A stretch of 63,345 nt of DNA, filler included, from Octopus bimaculoides (taxonomy: Eukaryota): NCBI RefSeq assembly GCF_001194135.2. It is 3 parts of 3 records of this genome, joined end to end, with 100 filler letters (N's around TTAATTAATTAA, not from the genome) between each part and the next. Parts side by side here need not be neighbours in the genome. Positions count along the whole stretch, not along the records: positions 1 to 29,965 come from NC_068989.1; positions 30,066 to 59,602 come from NC_068999.1; 1 more part is not named here. The stretch is one strand, 5' to 3'. Both the position numbers and the translations under genes were made by a program. How positions within the stretch are numbered: the stretch's first letter is position 1; each line of letters starts with the position of its first letter. Positions 26,234 through 40,559 of this stretch are shown here, piece after piece. Below the pieces are notes generated by a model. It searched no databases and was not told the DNA's origin. It saw only the letters and a list, made by a program, of their open reading frames with translations.

Positions 26234-28346
26234 AGTTGAAATTTATAGAAAAACAAAAGACGAATACAGGTGTATGAACAACAAGCAGGTGTATTAGTTT
26301 GACGCTCGGGAATGTGAGAAAGTCTTTCACGTTTCGAGCCTTCGCTCTTCAACAGAAAGGAATAAGAGAAAATAAACAGAGAGAGAATAAAAAAAACAAA
26401 CTTATGGATTTAGCGGTCATAATACATATATAATAATACTCAAACATACAAATATACATATATACATACATGTGTGTGTGTGTGTGTGCGCGCGCGCGCA
26501 CAGACATACATATTTACATACACACCTTTGATTGCCTTTCTCTCTAGTAATTTACCTGTCAATTTCTTTCTGATACGCAAAAACACACGCATGTTTATAT
26601 TTAGACGAAGTATATGCAGTAGAGAAATGTCAAGAGGTACACACATGCACACACACACACACACACATCTACATATGTATTCACACGTATGTGTGTATAT
26701 ATATATTATGTATATACAATATGAATACATTTCTAATGACGGTGCCCCAGCATGGCGACAGCCGCTGGATGAAACTGCACACATATACATAAGTAATTCA
26801 GCCGCCGAAAGAGACTGTATGCTAGAAGTAGCAACCAAATTTCTTTCAAAAGAAAAAAAATGAAAAAGGAAGCACCCATTCGGTTCTAGCTGGAATACAT
26901 GGGGAGATGACCACAACTGAATGTGTTCGATTATAAGGTCTGACCGATCAGGGATGAGGAGCCGAGGGTTTAATATGCACATACATAAATACACAAATAC
27001 GTCTCATAATCAATAAAAATGAGACTATACAGGATTGCAATGTGCCTATATACAAATGAATTATATTACTGGAAAAGTTGAATAGAATTATAAATGACAA
27101 TGAAAAATAATATCGAAGAGAAATCTGTTTTTAAAAGAATATTATTATTAAAAACATTACTGTCGCACCACGGATATATATATATATACACACAGGTTTC
27201 ATATATTAAAACAAAATTGTATGAATAACAAATATTCTAGATGTTCGATATGCAGAATTACTACTGATTGCATCACAGTGTAATAGGTGAGTGCTTTGGA
27301 GACACTTGTAGCTTATATGTATTCTTCGATGTGTGACGGAATTATAGGTAGGTAGACCCCACGATCTACCCTCGTACGGGTTTTATCAAATGTAACTGGA
27401 AATCGAACAGAGGCTATGAGAAATAAGAATTTACCAACATAAATCTATTTATCCATTTCGCCACATGTATATATTATATTCTATTTTAGGGAGTTTATGG
27501 TACGCTACAATATTATATAAGATAAACACACGCGCACGCATATTGCATGACAATATAAAAATACGTCCGCTCAATTATCGTATGCTTTTCTGACTATGTG
27601 TATGTGTGTGTGTGTAGATAGATGGATAAAAGGTATACATATATTTGAAAATCATCATCCATAAAGCGCTTAACTCTACAGCTTAAGCGCTTTATGGACG
27701 CGCAACCCAGGGTAACCCCCATAGACCGGTCACAACTATTTTTTTAATCAAAATACTCAACTGTTCTATAACTTTGAGTGTGCTTCTCTTTCGGATTGAT
27801 GATTTATTGACGAGATCTCCATTGTGACGGATCGTATAATCATACCAACACAGTTATTTATATAATTAAAAGTTTACTTACATGAAAGTATCCGGGGAGC
27901 GTAATGTATAAACCCGGGAAGAAAAAAGCAAGAATTATAAAAGATCAGTTCAAATTATAAAAACAGAAAAGTTTTTATATTTATATTGTTAAATTGTGTA
28001 TGTCCGTATAGTTGCATTCTGTTTTGAAAGTAATGAGGATCCGAATAAAAGTACAAATATTGTGAGTTAGCGCAAGAAGCGCAATAGACATATATATCAG
28101 CGGACTGCTGGTAACGTTATGATGAGAGAATGAATGTAAGAGGAGGTACAAGAGGAGTAGGCTGAGGGAGGGTAAACAATAATGATTATGTAGGCGAAGA
28201 GGAGTGAAGGGGAGGTAGCAGTTGTTGCCACTGCTGATAATCATGAATGGAGACGGGGGAAAAAAAACGTATTATTATAATATTGGATAACAAATAAATA
28301 AATATATGTGTATGCTCACACACACACTAATATGTTATACAATTTT

Positions 28347-28392
<46 letters not shown>

Positions 28393-29135
28393 TTATACGA
28401 CATTAATATGTATACATACACACGTTTTAGGCATATGCCCGGCAATTTTGAGGGAAGCAGAGTATCGATACCATCGACTCAGTACATAACTGGTACTTTT
28501 TTTTACCTCCCGATCAAATATTTACCTGTATATATGTACGTATTATATTGTCTTATATTATATATCATATATATTATATTAAATTAAATTATAGGTAAAT
28601 ATTTACTTATTATATTATAGGTAAATTTTTACTTATATTACATTTTTTGATGCAATATTGTTATATAAATTTATTTGGATTAAGAAGGAATATTTAACGT
28701 CAAGACACTTCTACTTCAGTGAACATAATAATGGTGATTCGTTTTTAGACATTGTTACTATGCATATCTATTTATAGCTAGTTGAGTTTATCAAGCAGAA
28801 GGTACACGAGACCGTATAGTCTCATGGCACGCAAACAGTCGATAATATTGTTCAAATAGCTGTTTTCAAATTGACAATTATTTTATCGATCTCTGTATGT
28901 CGAATATAAGACGTAAGCAGCACCGGTTTGAAAGCGGTGTAAACGAATTTGTGTGTGTATGTATGTATGTATGTTCCTGGACTAGCTCTGTTGTGCGCCA
29001 ACAGATGGCAGCACAGAGTGAGACCTAGCTGTGACCTTCATGAGGCAGTGTGCCGAGTAACATCGCTGTTAACTTCTCAAGTTGTGAAATTTGTGTTTTT
29101 GTTATCACGTGTATACTGTGGTCTGCGATTTTGTC

Positions 29136-29965
29136 ATGGACGACAGGAAGTTGGAACTTCCTGAGCCAGCGTGAAATTTTGTGTTAAACTTGGGAAGTCT
29201 GCTGCAGAGACATTGAATAAGCTTCGAGAAGCCTACGGCGATGAGGCAATGGGTCGTACGCAATGTTTCGAGTGGCACGAGTGCTTCAAAAGCGGAAGAA
29301 CGTCCCTGGAAAATGATGAGCGATCTGGAAGACCTGCCACGAGCGTCAACCCTAAAAATGTGGAGAAAATACATCAGCTTGTGCATGAGGATCGTCGGAG
29401 GACAATCATTGACATTGCTGATGTTGTTGGTCTATCGTATGGGACTGTGCATCGATCCTAACGTCTAAATTGAACATGCAGTGTGTCTCTGCCAAGTTTT
29501 CCTCCCGGCTGTTGACCACTGAGCAGAAAACGTTGAGTCGAAGTCTGTCAAGATCTCCGTCAGCGTACCGCTGATGACTCATCCTTTATGTCGAGGATCA
29601 TCACCAGTGATGAGAGTTGGGTCTACGGGTTCGACATTGAGACGAAGCAGCAGTCGTCACTATGGAAGACACGACAGAGGCGCAGCTCAATCAAGAGCAT
29701 GCTCATCGTTTTTTTTTTCGACATCCGCGGTATTGTGCATTGAGAATTCGTCCCCTAGGGTCAGACCATCAATCGAGAGCTCTACTGTGACGTTGTGAAG
29801 CGTTTGAGAGAGGGCATTCGGCGAAAGCGACTGGACCTGGGGAGCGCGAAGCATTGGATTTTTCACGACGACAATGCATCCCTGTCACCGAGCTCTCCTC
29901 ACTTGCGAGTTTCTCGCCAAAAACAACATGGGTTCGCTTCCGCACCCGCCCTATTCGCCAGATTT
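29136..29965 (+). mobile_element. Mariner transposase pseudogene, truncated at the contig end
   Basis: KFCVKLGKSAAET...DERSGRP HTH region, TSDESWVYGFD, HDDNA and HPPYSPD motifs. Frameshifts, stops and an internal deletion. Confidence 0.92.
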
Positions 29966-30065
29966 NNNNNNNNNNNNNNNNNNNNNNNNNNNNNNNNNNN
30001 NNNNNNNNNTTAATTAATTAANNNNNNNNNNNNNNNNNNNNNNNNNNNNNNNNNNNNNNNNNNNN
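29966..30065. other. Artificial assembly spacer (44 N + TTAATTAATTAA + 44 N)
   Basis: Exactly 100 bp with a six-frame stop linker in the middle; identical structure at 59603-59702. Confidence 0.93.
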
Positions 30066-30106
<41 letters not shown>

Positions 30107-31359
30107 CATACATACATGCATGTATACATTTCAGTACACATATGTATGCATACATACAAATATGCGGCATTATTTTGCCTTACCGCTGTGATGTATGGAG
30201 CTATGAAGTGAGGTTCTAAGTAGTGAACTTCTAAGTAGGTCATCATCATCATCACCATTATCATCATCACCATCACAATTATCATAACAACCATCAGTGT
30301 TATCTACATCATCACCACCATCATCATCATCATCATCACCACCACCATCATAATAACCATCATCAATGTCATCGTCCTCATCATCACCATTTTAACGTCC
30401 ACTTCCCTCGGCTGGTATGAGTCAGACGAATTTTTGTTGAGGCAGTTTTGTTTTTTTCTACCGCCGGATGCTCTTCCCATTGCCAACCTTTACCCATCAC
30501 CAAGCAAGGTAGTATTTCTCAATGGCTGTCTGTTGTGTGTCTACCTACACATGTGCTTAGGAGAATGACCAGTAGAAAGGTACTGGTAGTTTGAAGTATA
30601 TGTGTGTGCATGTATGTATATGTAGTGTGTGAGAGTGTTTTGTTTGCAGTGTGTGTGTGTGTATGTGTGGGTATGTTTGTACGTGTGAGGTTGTGTCTGT
30701 GGAGTAACTGTACGTTACTCTGTGTGTGTGCTTGTATGTGCGTGTACCTGTATGTATAATTGTATGCGTGTATGTACAAGTGTGTGCTGTGTGTATGGGA
30801 GGTATGTGTGGGTTCACTTGTGTGTGCGTGTATGTGCATGTGTACACATCATCATCGTCGTCGTCATCATTTAACGTCCGCTTTCCATACTGGCATGGGT
30901 TGGACGGTTTGACTGAGAGGACTGGTGAGCCAGAGGCTGCACCAGGCTCCAATCTGATCTGGCAAAGTTTCTACAGCTGGATGCCCTTCCTAACGCCAAC
31001 CATTCCAAGAGTGTAGTGGGTGCTTTTACGTGCCACTGGCATGAGGACCAAACAGGTGGTATCATCATCAACATCATTATTTTCTATGTTTACATGGGAT
31101 CAATGATTTGACAAAATCAAACAAGCCACAGTGTTGTTCCAAGAACCATTAACTGATTTGGCATGTTTTCTACAGGTGGAAGCCCTTTCTAATGCCAACT
31201 ACCCTACAGAGTGTACGGGGTGCATTTTTTTTTTCATGCCAGCAGCATTAGAGAGGTTACTAAGTAAGCTGCAAGACAGAATAAGAACAGAAAATAGACA
31301 AAACAAGAGCACAACCCATGGAGCAGTAGGAAGAGAGGCATGACTTTCGTGCACTCTTA

Positions 31360-31733
31360 TACATTCATATACATACATACATATGTATATATACATACAT
31401 ACATATGTATATATATATATACATATGTATATATACATACATACATATGTATATATACATACATATATATATATATATAATACACACATAAATATATGTA
31501 TGAATATATATATACATACATATATATATATATATATATACATACATATATATATATATATATACATACATATATGTATGAATATATGTATATACATACA
31601 TATACATACACTCACAGGCACACAGACATACACATACTCACATGCAAATACATATACGTATATATTTACATGCATACAAGCACGCAGACATATATACATA
31701 CATATGTATAGATATATCTACATATATATACAC

Positions 31734-31769
<36 letters not shown>

Positions 31770-32440
31770 TGATACATATACACACACACAAACACATACA
31801 CACATATATGTACATGTGTGTGCACATACATGAATATACAAACACACAAAATAGACGCACCGCTCAAACTTCTTATGATAAGTCAACTATTTTTAATGAG
31901 ATCATATTTAGAGTCTGTATAATACATAATGAATTTCTTTAAAACCAAAACTACAGCTAAACTCTATAATCTTCATAAGAAATAATAGTCTGCAGTTGAA
32001 TGTGTGTGTGTGTGAGTGTGTGTGTGTGAGTGTGTGTGCAGGTGTGTGTGTGTGTGTGTGTAAGTGTGTATGTATATCTACATATGTGTTTATGTATGTA
32101 TATAAAAAATGATATATTTAAATTGCATACATTAAACAGATATGCGCACGAGAGTAACAAGTATGTTTATACATATGCTTGTGAACATGCGTATATAATA
32201 TATATACATATGTGCATATATGCCTATACATACAGATAGTCATGCATATAAATATATATATATATTATATATATATATATATATATATGCAAAAATTATA
32301 TACACATCTATACACACATATAAACACACACACATATATACACATACACACACACATCTATATATATATATATATACACATATACATACACACACACATA
32401 TATATCACACACACACGCACACACATATATACATACACAG

Positions 32441-32475
<35 letters not shown>

Positions 32476-33000
32476 TACATACACACNNNNNNNNNNNNNN
32501 NNNNNNNNNNNNNNNNNNNNNNNNNNNNNNNNNNNNNNNNNNNNNNNNNNNNNNNNNNNNNNNNNNNNNNNNNNNNNNNNNNNNNNNNNNNNNNNNNNNN
32601 NNNNNNNNNNNNNNNNNNNNNNNNNNNNNNNNNNNNNNNNNNNNNNNNNNNNNNNNNNNNNNNNNNNNNNNNNNNNNNNNNNNNNNNNNNNNNNNNNNNN
32701 NNNNNNNNNNNNNNNNNNNNNNNNNNNNNNNNNNNNNNNNNNNNNNNNNNNNNNNNNNNNNNNNNNNNNNNNNNNNNNNNNNNNNNNNNNNNNNNNNNNN
32801 NNNNNNNNNNNNNNNNNNNNNNNNNNNNNNNNNNNNNNNNNNNNNNNNNNNNNNNNNNNNNNNNNNNNNNNNNNNNNNNNNNNNNNNNNNNNNNNNNNNN
32901 NNNNNNNNNNNNNNNNNNNNNNNNNNNNNNNNNNNNNNNNNNNNNNNNNNNNNNNNNNNNNNNNNNNNNNNNNNNNNNNNNNNNNNNNNNNNNNNNNNNN

Positions 33001-33058
<58 letters not shown>

Positions 33059-33260
33059 TATATTACACATACACACACACACATACATATAGATATACAC
33101 ACACAGAGGTGCATACATACACATATATATACACAATATGTATAATATATACATCTATATATATACAGACACACACATGCATATGTCATTCATCTAATCA
33201 CATACACGCACACAAATATATATAAATATATATATATATATACGCACACACATACATATA
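31360..33260. repeat. Compound (AT)n/(AC)n/(ATAC)n microsatellite field (one of many), including an N gap
   Basis: Directly visible. Similar fields at about 17150-17390, 23430-23705 and 59200-59600. Confidence 0.95.
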
Positions 33261-34008
33261 TATCATTCATTTAATCTTTACAAATAGACTAAACAAACTG
33301 AAAATATTAATAAAATATTAGTTTGCCATCAGATAGCATCCTCCAACCAAACAAAGAAAACAAATGCTTAAAATCTATTTGAACACTTCAATCTAATTCT
33401 ATTTATTAGGTTTACGAATATGCTATGTTTGAACATTGAGAAAATATGCTTCTGCTTTTAAATGACTAAAGCATTCGATCGTTTGGTAGGGTTTTTTTTT
33501 TATTATGCATCGTTTTCCTTGTTTTCTTCCTCACCAAACCAAATGCAAGTGTGTGTGTGGAATATGTATTTAACACCTTAATGAGAAAGTTTATTTCTTG
33601 TGTCAACAAATTTGAGGTTAAACGTCCAAAAGCGTTTATGGCTGACAATAAGACAAAAAACAAATGCAAGAAGAAACGAATAACTGAAATTTAACAAAAA
33701 AAATCCTTTGAAATTACCTTCAGCTTTTTGATTGCGATATAAACTGATTGACTTAATTTCTTAAAAGAATGTGAACCGACAAAGATAGGGAAACATTTGA
33801 TTGTTATTGTTTCATGCATAGTTTTCATAAGCATTTGTTAGAAATCAAGTAAAAGATCATTTTTTGCCAAGATAATGTGGCAGTCCCAGGATAGGACGAA
33901 TGTTACTGTTATTTAGCCTCAAGAAACATCGTTTCCAGCTGGCTATACAACACGAAAAATTCTGTCTCCTTATATTTTCGAACAGAGGGGATCAGCACCT
34001 CTACCCAA

Positions 34009-34177
34009 CACAACCTCACATCCATGGACCGGTTTCTGGATTATTGACCTTTATCAGCATGGAGTAGCTTGGTTGGATAGATGTCACTACATCCCACAAC
34101 CTCACATCCATGGACTGGTTTCTGGATTATTGACCTTTATCAGCATGGAGTAGCTTGGTTGGTTAGATGTTGCTACT
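34009..34177. repeat. Tandem duplication of an 86-bp unit (2 copies)
   Basis: cacaacctcacatccatggac...ggagtagcttggttgg repeated at 34009 and 34095 with few mismatches. Confidence 0.9.
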
Positions 34178-35638
34178 GAACTACTGTTGAAAATGTATAG
34201 ATTTCAGAGTGTTGACACCAAATGGTCATATTTAGAGAACACATCTAAATATTCAGATGCCTAGCATAGAGCACAGATGTGGCCATGGGGTAAGCAGCTT
34301 GCTTCCCAACCATATGGTTCCAGGGTTAGTCCCACAGGGTGGCACCTGGTGAAAATGTCTTTTCTACTACAGCCTCGGGCTGATTAAAGCCTTGTGAGTG
34401 AATTTGGTAGACAGAAACTGAAAGAAGCTCATTGTGTGTGTGTGTGTTGTGTTGTGTCTCTGTCCTCTACCACCACTTGACAGCCAACTGATGTTGGTGT
34501 GTTTACATCCCAGTAACTTAGTGGTTTCACAAAAGAGATTGACAGAATAAGTACCAGGTTTAAGAAAATAATAAGCATTGGGGTTGGTTTATTCACCTAA
34601 AAATTGTTGAAGGCAGTGCCCCAGCATGGCCAGAGTAAAAGATAATAGATAACCGCAAGAAGAAGAGACAAAACAATGTATAAGATAGCACTTCCAATCA
34701 GTCAAGATGAGAAGCCATGAGAGCCACTGCCTGCCTGGTATTGCATATCGTTAAGGGTCCGAGAGGACAGGATCTGTAACGCATACGGAATGCCCAGCAG
34801 TATTTCACCTGGCTTTCTGTTCTGAGTTCAAATGCCACCGAGGCAAGCTTTGCCTCTTGTCTTTAAAGAGCCAACAGAAAAAGTACCAGTTGAACACTAG
34901 CATCAATGTAACCAATTAAGGCTCTGTATACTAAAACCTCAAGCTTAGAGCACGTGTAGTAGAAAGGATTGTTACTGTTTCTACTAAAATCATTACGTTC
35001 CGACTGGTTTCAGCTGGTGGGCTGTTGCCATGCTGGGGTACCTAAATCACCATCATCATCATCGTTTACTGATTTAAACTTTAAAATACCTTGTGGTAAG
35101 ATACTAATCGTTATGTATTAAAATTTCTACAAAGAAACTTCATTAATAAATAAACATAAAGAAAGTATAATATTTTTTCCTTTCAATAGAACTGAAATTT
35201 AATTACAGAAATATTTGTTTCCATACAGCATTTTTCTCCTTTTGTTTTTGTTTTTTTTTTATTGTTTTTTTTTTCTTATTTCTTTTTCATTTTGTACCTC
35301 GCAGAAGATACTATCAAAGTAGAACATTTGTTAAATTAATAAACTTTCGAATGAAAGAAATCAAAAACTTCTAAGTATGCTAGCTTGTGTTTTAAAGCTG
35401 ATTATGTGAAAATTGTCAATTATTTTTATATATTTAACCAAGTTATGCAAGGAAAAAAAAAACAACAAAAAAAACATTAAATGTTATCTGTTAATAACAA
35501 TAGATTAGGCTCAATGCACTCCATCAATTTGACTAGAATATCAAATGGAATTGGAGTTCTTCTTTCCCCTGCGATATTAATGCTTTTCTGACAGAGAATT
35601 TTCTGATTGATTTACTTTGGTGCGAATGTTAAATGTCG

Positions 35639-35669
<31 letters not shown>

Positions 35670-36353
35670 TATAATAAATAAATAAATTTTTAAAATATTA
35701 CATTCTGCACCCCCACCCCTCCCCTGTTATGATTATATCTTGGGCAAGATGAAAGAAGACCATTCAATTCTTATATGATACCACTGGTATATATATATAT
35801 GACATATATACTAACATNNNNNNNNNNNNNNNNNNNNNNNNNNNNNNNNNNNNNNNNNNNNNNNNNNNNNNNNNNNNNNNNNNNNNNNNNNNNNNNNNNN
35901 NNNNNNNNNNNNNNNNNNNNNNNNNNNNNNNNNNNNNNNNNNNNNNNNNNNNNNNNNNNNNNNNNNNNNNNNNNNNNNNNNNNNNNNNNNNNNNNNNNNN
36001 NNNNATATATATATATATATAATCTAAACAAAGAACAACCAAGAAAAAACAACACAAGGACATGGTACAAGTACTGTGTTATTGGATGTTCAGGGAAGGA
36101 AAGAAAAAAGAAAGAGGATTTCACATTCTGAGCGGAGCTCTTCATTGGTGTTGGTTTAGGAAATTGGGCGATTTTCAACATGCGTGTATATGGGTGGAAA
36201 TGAGCTGCTTGGCGGAGGTCTGCGCTCTTCGAGTGCTTTTCTAATTTCAACATTTGTCTATTTATTAGCGAAGTCTCATACAAAATAATTCTTTGTTTTC
36301 ATCTGGGAATTAAATGGGTTTTTATATACTGTTAGGTGACTTTCGGCCAACCC

Positions 36354-36394
<41 letters not shown>

Positions 36395-37374
36395 CATGAA
36401 ACCAACACTAGAAACTCTTTCTTTCCATTTTCAAAGAAGAGTAGGGAGTTTCTACATCTCAATATATCTTCAGCCTTTATCAACAAAATGAAGCCACACC
36501 CCAACACAAAAGTGGGGCCACTTAAACCGATCATTATTCATTTCAAAACTAAACTACAAAGGTTCATAATTTCTGAATTCTTTTTAGACGTTTGGTGTAT
36601 TTCCCTTATTAAGGAATTTAAAGAAATGGAATGATTCATGGGAGTTAAGGAAGACTCAAAAATGGTTTTAAGTCTGGTGAATTGAACCTTGAAATCTTTA
36701 TCCAAGAAACCATTAAGGAATATCAAGTTTGCTTTACTGGTTAAATTATTGTCTAACAGGCTGTTAAACCCGCTTTGATAGTAACTGAACTCTTTCAACA
36801 AAGAAACCGCTCTCTCTCTCGCTTCCCCCCTCTTTCTTTCTTTTTCTCCAAGTGAAGGGCTGACTCTCTGATGCTTGTTAGCAAAAGTGCGATACTACAT
36901 GGCAGTGGAACGTGGATGCTGAAATACAAAGGCTTTGTAAAGACTGGATGGGAATTAGGCAGGCGTACTCTGCTGAATGTGCTGTGTTGGTTTGCATGAA
37001 CGGCAGAGGACAGATGAGCTGAGAGAAGAAGAAAATGCAGGTGAAGAATCAGATGCAATGTGCAAAAGAGAGAAAATTGGGAAGGGGGAGAGATAGAAGG
37101 GGAGCGTGGACAGGGTGAGAGAAGGGGAGAGGAGAGAGGAGAGTGTGCTGGTACAGACATGTGATGCATATGAAGGTTGACAGAGGAATGGAGGAGTGCT
37201 GAGTTGTTCCGGTGGGAATGGACCTGGGAAAGAGGAAGATACGGGGAATACACAGGAACGCAAAGAACTGAAGGGGAAACGACAAAAGGGCAGCAACCAC
37301 AGCAACTAGTGTCAATACGTGTGAGCTTGAATAACGATCCTCCCACCGCTGTACAATGTGATGCAAGCAAAGAA

Positions 37375-37418
37375 AATGATGATGCTGAAAATGACGATGA
37401 GGATGATGATGATGCTGA

Positions 37419-37449
<31 letters not shown>

Positions 37450-37862
37450 TATGACGATGATGGTGATGATGATGATGACGATGACGATGGTGGTGGTGAT
37501 GAGGATGATGATGGTGATGATGATGGTGGTGGTGGTGGTGGTGGTGTTTGTGGTAGTGGTGGTAGTGATGATGATGATGATAATTATGGTGATGGTGGTG
37601 ATGATCATGATAATGATGATAGTGGCGATGATGATGGTGGTGGTGATAGTGATGATGATGATGGTGATGATGATGATGAAGATGATGAAGATGATGATGG
37701 TGGTGGTGATGATGATGGTGATGATGGTGGTTATGATGATGATGATGATGGTGGTGGTGACGATACTGTTGATGATGATGATGATAATGACGATTGGAGT
37801 GATAGTGATGATGATGATGATGGTGGTGGTGGTGATGATGACGATGGTGGTGATGATGATAA
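37375..37862. repeat. Long compound (GAT)n/(GGT)n trinucleotide tract
   Basis: Directly visible. It produces the poly-His, poly-Asp/Gly and poly-Met ORFs in the track. Confidence 0.97.
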
Positions 37863-38058
37863 TTAAGCTTGTGCACATATTACTCCTTTTTGTTTTTTAA
37901 ATTAGTAATAATGAAATTTTATACATGAAATCAGCTGCAACAAGAGAAACTTATTCTTTGTGTTTTATATTGTTTTTTTTTTTTATATTTTCATTGTTGT
38001 TTGCTTTTTTTTGTTGTTTTATTTTTCAGATTTACATTTTTGTTTCTTCTCTGCTCAT

Positions 38059-38123
38059 ATTTCTCCAACAAATAAACAATCACACCAAGAATCCAGGCAT
38101 GATCATTTATTTGCTGGAGAAAT
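38059..38123 (-). ncRNA. Candidate pre-miRNA-like hairpin
   Basis: 28-bp gap-free stem with a 9-nt loop. All five non-Watson-Crick positions are G-U on the minus strand. Confidence 0.45.
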
Positions 38124-40559
38124 TCATTACAAAACCTCCTTAAACCTTTGACTGTACAATGGGTGGGGAACCCATTGTACAGAATTATCTCTTAAAGTCC
38201 TGTAACCACAACTGTTGCCAAATCCAGAATTGCATGTAACTCTGATTTAAAGTGTTGTGATTTTCGCAGTTGAAAAAATTTTTTAAAAGCAAAAGCAAGA
38301 ACTAAGCACTCTTCTGTGTGAGAGGCAAAGTTTGGCCTCATCTTAGAAAGAACTTCCTGTCAAATGGCTTCTTGTTTATAACATGATTGTCATAAATGAA
38401 TGTCATTAATTTTGAATATTCTGCAGCAAACATGTCTGGCCATATTACCTTGCTTGAAACAGGTGAAGGTTGGCAACTGAAAAAACCATTTGGTTGTATA
38501 AAAATCTGTCTCAATAAACTCCGTCTGACCCATGCAAGCATGGAAAAATGGACGTTAAAACAATAACGATGATGATGATTATGACATTAACAGGCAGTCT
38601 ACCAGTTACGGCAACAGGGGTTCCCGCTGATCCAATCAATGGAACATCTGCCTCATGAAATTAAAATGCAAGAGGCTGAGTACTCCACAGACATGTGTAC
38701 CCTTAATGCGGTTCTCAGAGAGATCCAGGCTGATATAGAATGTAACAAGGCTGACCCCCTTGTGAATTACGGGTACAACTCGTTTTTTTGCCAGCTGAAT
38801 GGACTGGAGCACCATGGAATAAAGAGTCTTGCTCAAAAAACACAACACACCACTAGGAATCGAACACCAGACCTGACAATCGTGAACCAGATACATCAAC
38901 CGAGAAGCCACGAACGCTCGCAATAATGACATACATCACACACAACCATAAACAGAGACTTGTGAAAGAAAACTTAAAAGCTAATGAAAATTTCTCAACA
39001 GAAGTAAAAACCAATGAAGAATTTCTTATAGCAATCAATAAGAATAGAATACAACGAAGGATGTTGACACCAGCTTAATTGTTTACAGTGTATAAAATAT
39101 ATGAAAGACAAATAATTGATTTAATCATGTTTGTGTCACAGTGACATTTTTCACACAATTTCCATTTATATTTCCATTTTGAAACATACATCACAATTCT
39201 TGTCACCGTCATCATTTAACGTCCATTTTCCATGCTGGCATGGGTTGGAAGGTTGAACAGGAGCTGGCAAGTACAAAGGTCACACCAGGTTCCATAGTCT
39301 GTTTTGACTTGGTTCCAACAGCTGGATGTTCTTCGTCACATTGACCAATTTAAAGAGAGTACTGAGTGGTTTTTATGTGGCAGATTCACCAGTGATTTTT
39401 AAATGGCACCACCCCCAGCTTTCAACATGGTGCCATCACCAGTGCTTTTTTACATGGCACTATTACCCATGCTTTTATGCGACATCACTGGTGCATCTTA
39501 TGCAGCACCATCACCAGTGCTTTTACATGGCACCATCACCTTTTTATGTGGCACTAACATGTAGGAAGTAGCATTGGAGGATATTTGGCAGCAAATACCA
39601 AGCAACCTCAAGAACCATGTAGGAGAGCCATTCATTGGTTTGCCAAATAAGTATTTAAATCAAAGCTTCATCCATGGCCATGTGGAAAGAAGATGGTGCT
39701 TTTTACGTGCCACCAGCATCGGAGCCAGTCAGGCAGCCCTGGCATCGGTGTGTGTGTGTGTGCGTGTGTGTGCGTCTTTCTACTTGTGTTTGTTCCCCAC
39801 CACCACTTGACAACCAGTGTTGGTGTGTTTACATCCCTATCACTCAATGGTTCAGCAAAAGAGACAAACAGGCCAACAGAATAAGCACTAGGGCTTGAAA
39901 CAAAATAAGTACTGGTGGCAATTCATTTGATTGAAAATTCTTCAAGCTAGTGCCCCAGCATGGCCACGGTCTAATGACTAAAATAAGTAAAATATAAAAG
40001 TAACGATGAAAGAATCCTGTTTATTATTCATAGAAAATTCTTCAGTGATACTTTCACCTGCATCGATTCCATATATCCATTACTAATCTGTCTAACGTTC
40101 CCACTGTAAATTCAAAAAAGTGCATTTTTTTCCCCCCACGTTTGAAGAATTGTTGTGAACAATAAATTTCCATTTAGTATTTTTTTGAAGAAATGCACAT
40201 CTTTCGTGAATTTCAGAAAATATTAAATATTAATACACAATTGCTTTTGGCACATGCATCAAGATTTTGCATTTCATCCCCAACCAAAAAATAGATATTT
40301 ACCATTTCATAATTCTGAAAGACAGAAATTAGTTTTCTATTTTCTGAAAGATATGCAGAATATTTATTTGTTTTTAGCTCTCTCTCTTTCTTTCTTTCTT
40401 TCTCTATCTCTCTCTCTCTCAATTTTTCCCTTTTTCTTACGTATCTCTCAATCTGTTTCACTTCCTCTCATTTTCCCACTCCTTACCACTGTCAACAAGA
40501 ACAATAACCACCACCACCACCACCAATCCTTCCTCATGCCAGCATACGTCTGACAGACT

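Noticed and set aside
31199-33225. [12 protein letters not shown] ORFs here and across the window, and X-filled ORFs
   Set aside because: Dinucleotide microsatellites and N gaps.
37049-37900. Long poly-His, poly-Asp/Gly and poly-Met ORFs
   Set aside because: Translations of the (GAT/GGT)n tract.
40058-40103. 46-nt exon-like segment (tacag|...CAG|gtgaaa)
   Set aside because: Phase is incompatible with the IFT80 exon and no homology is recognised.
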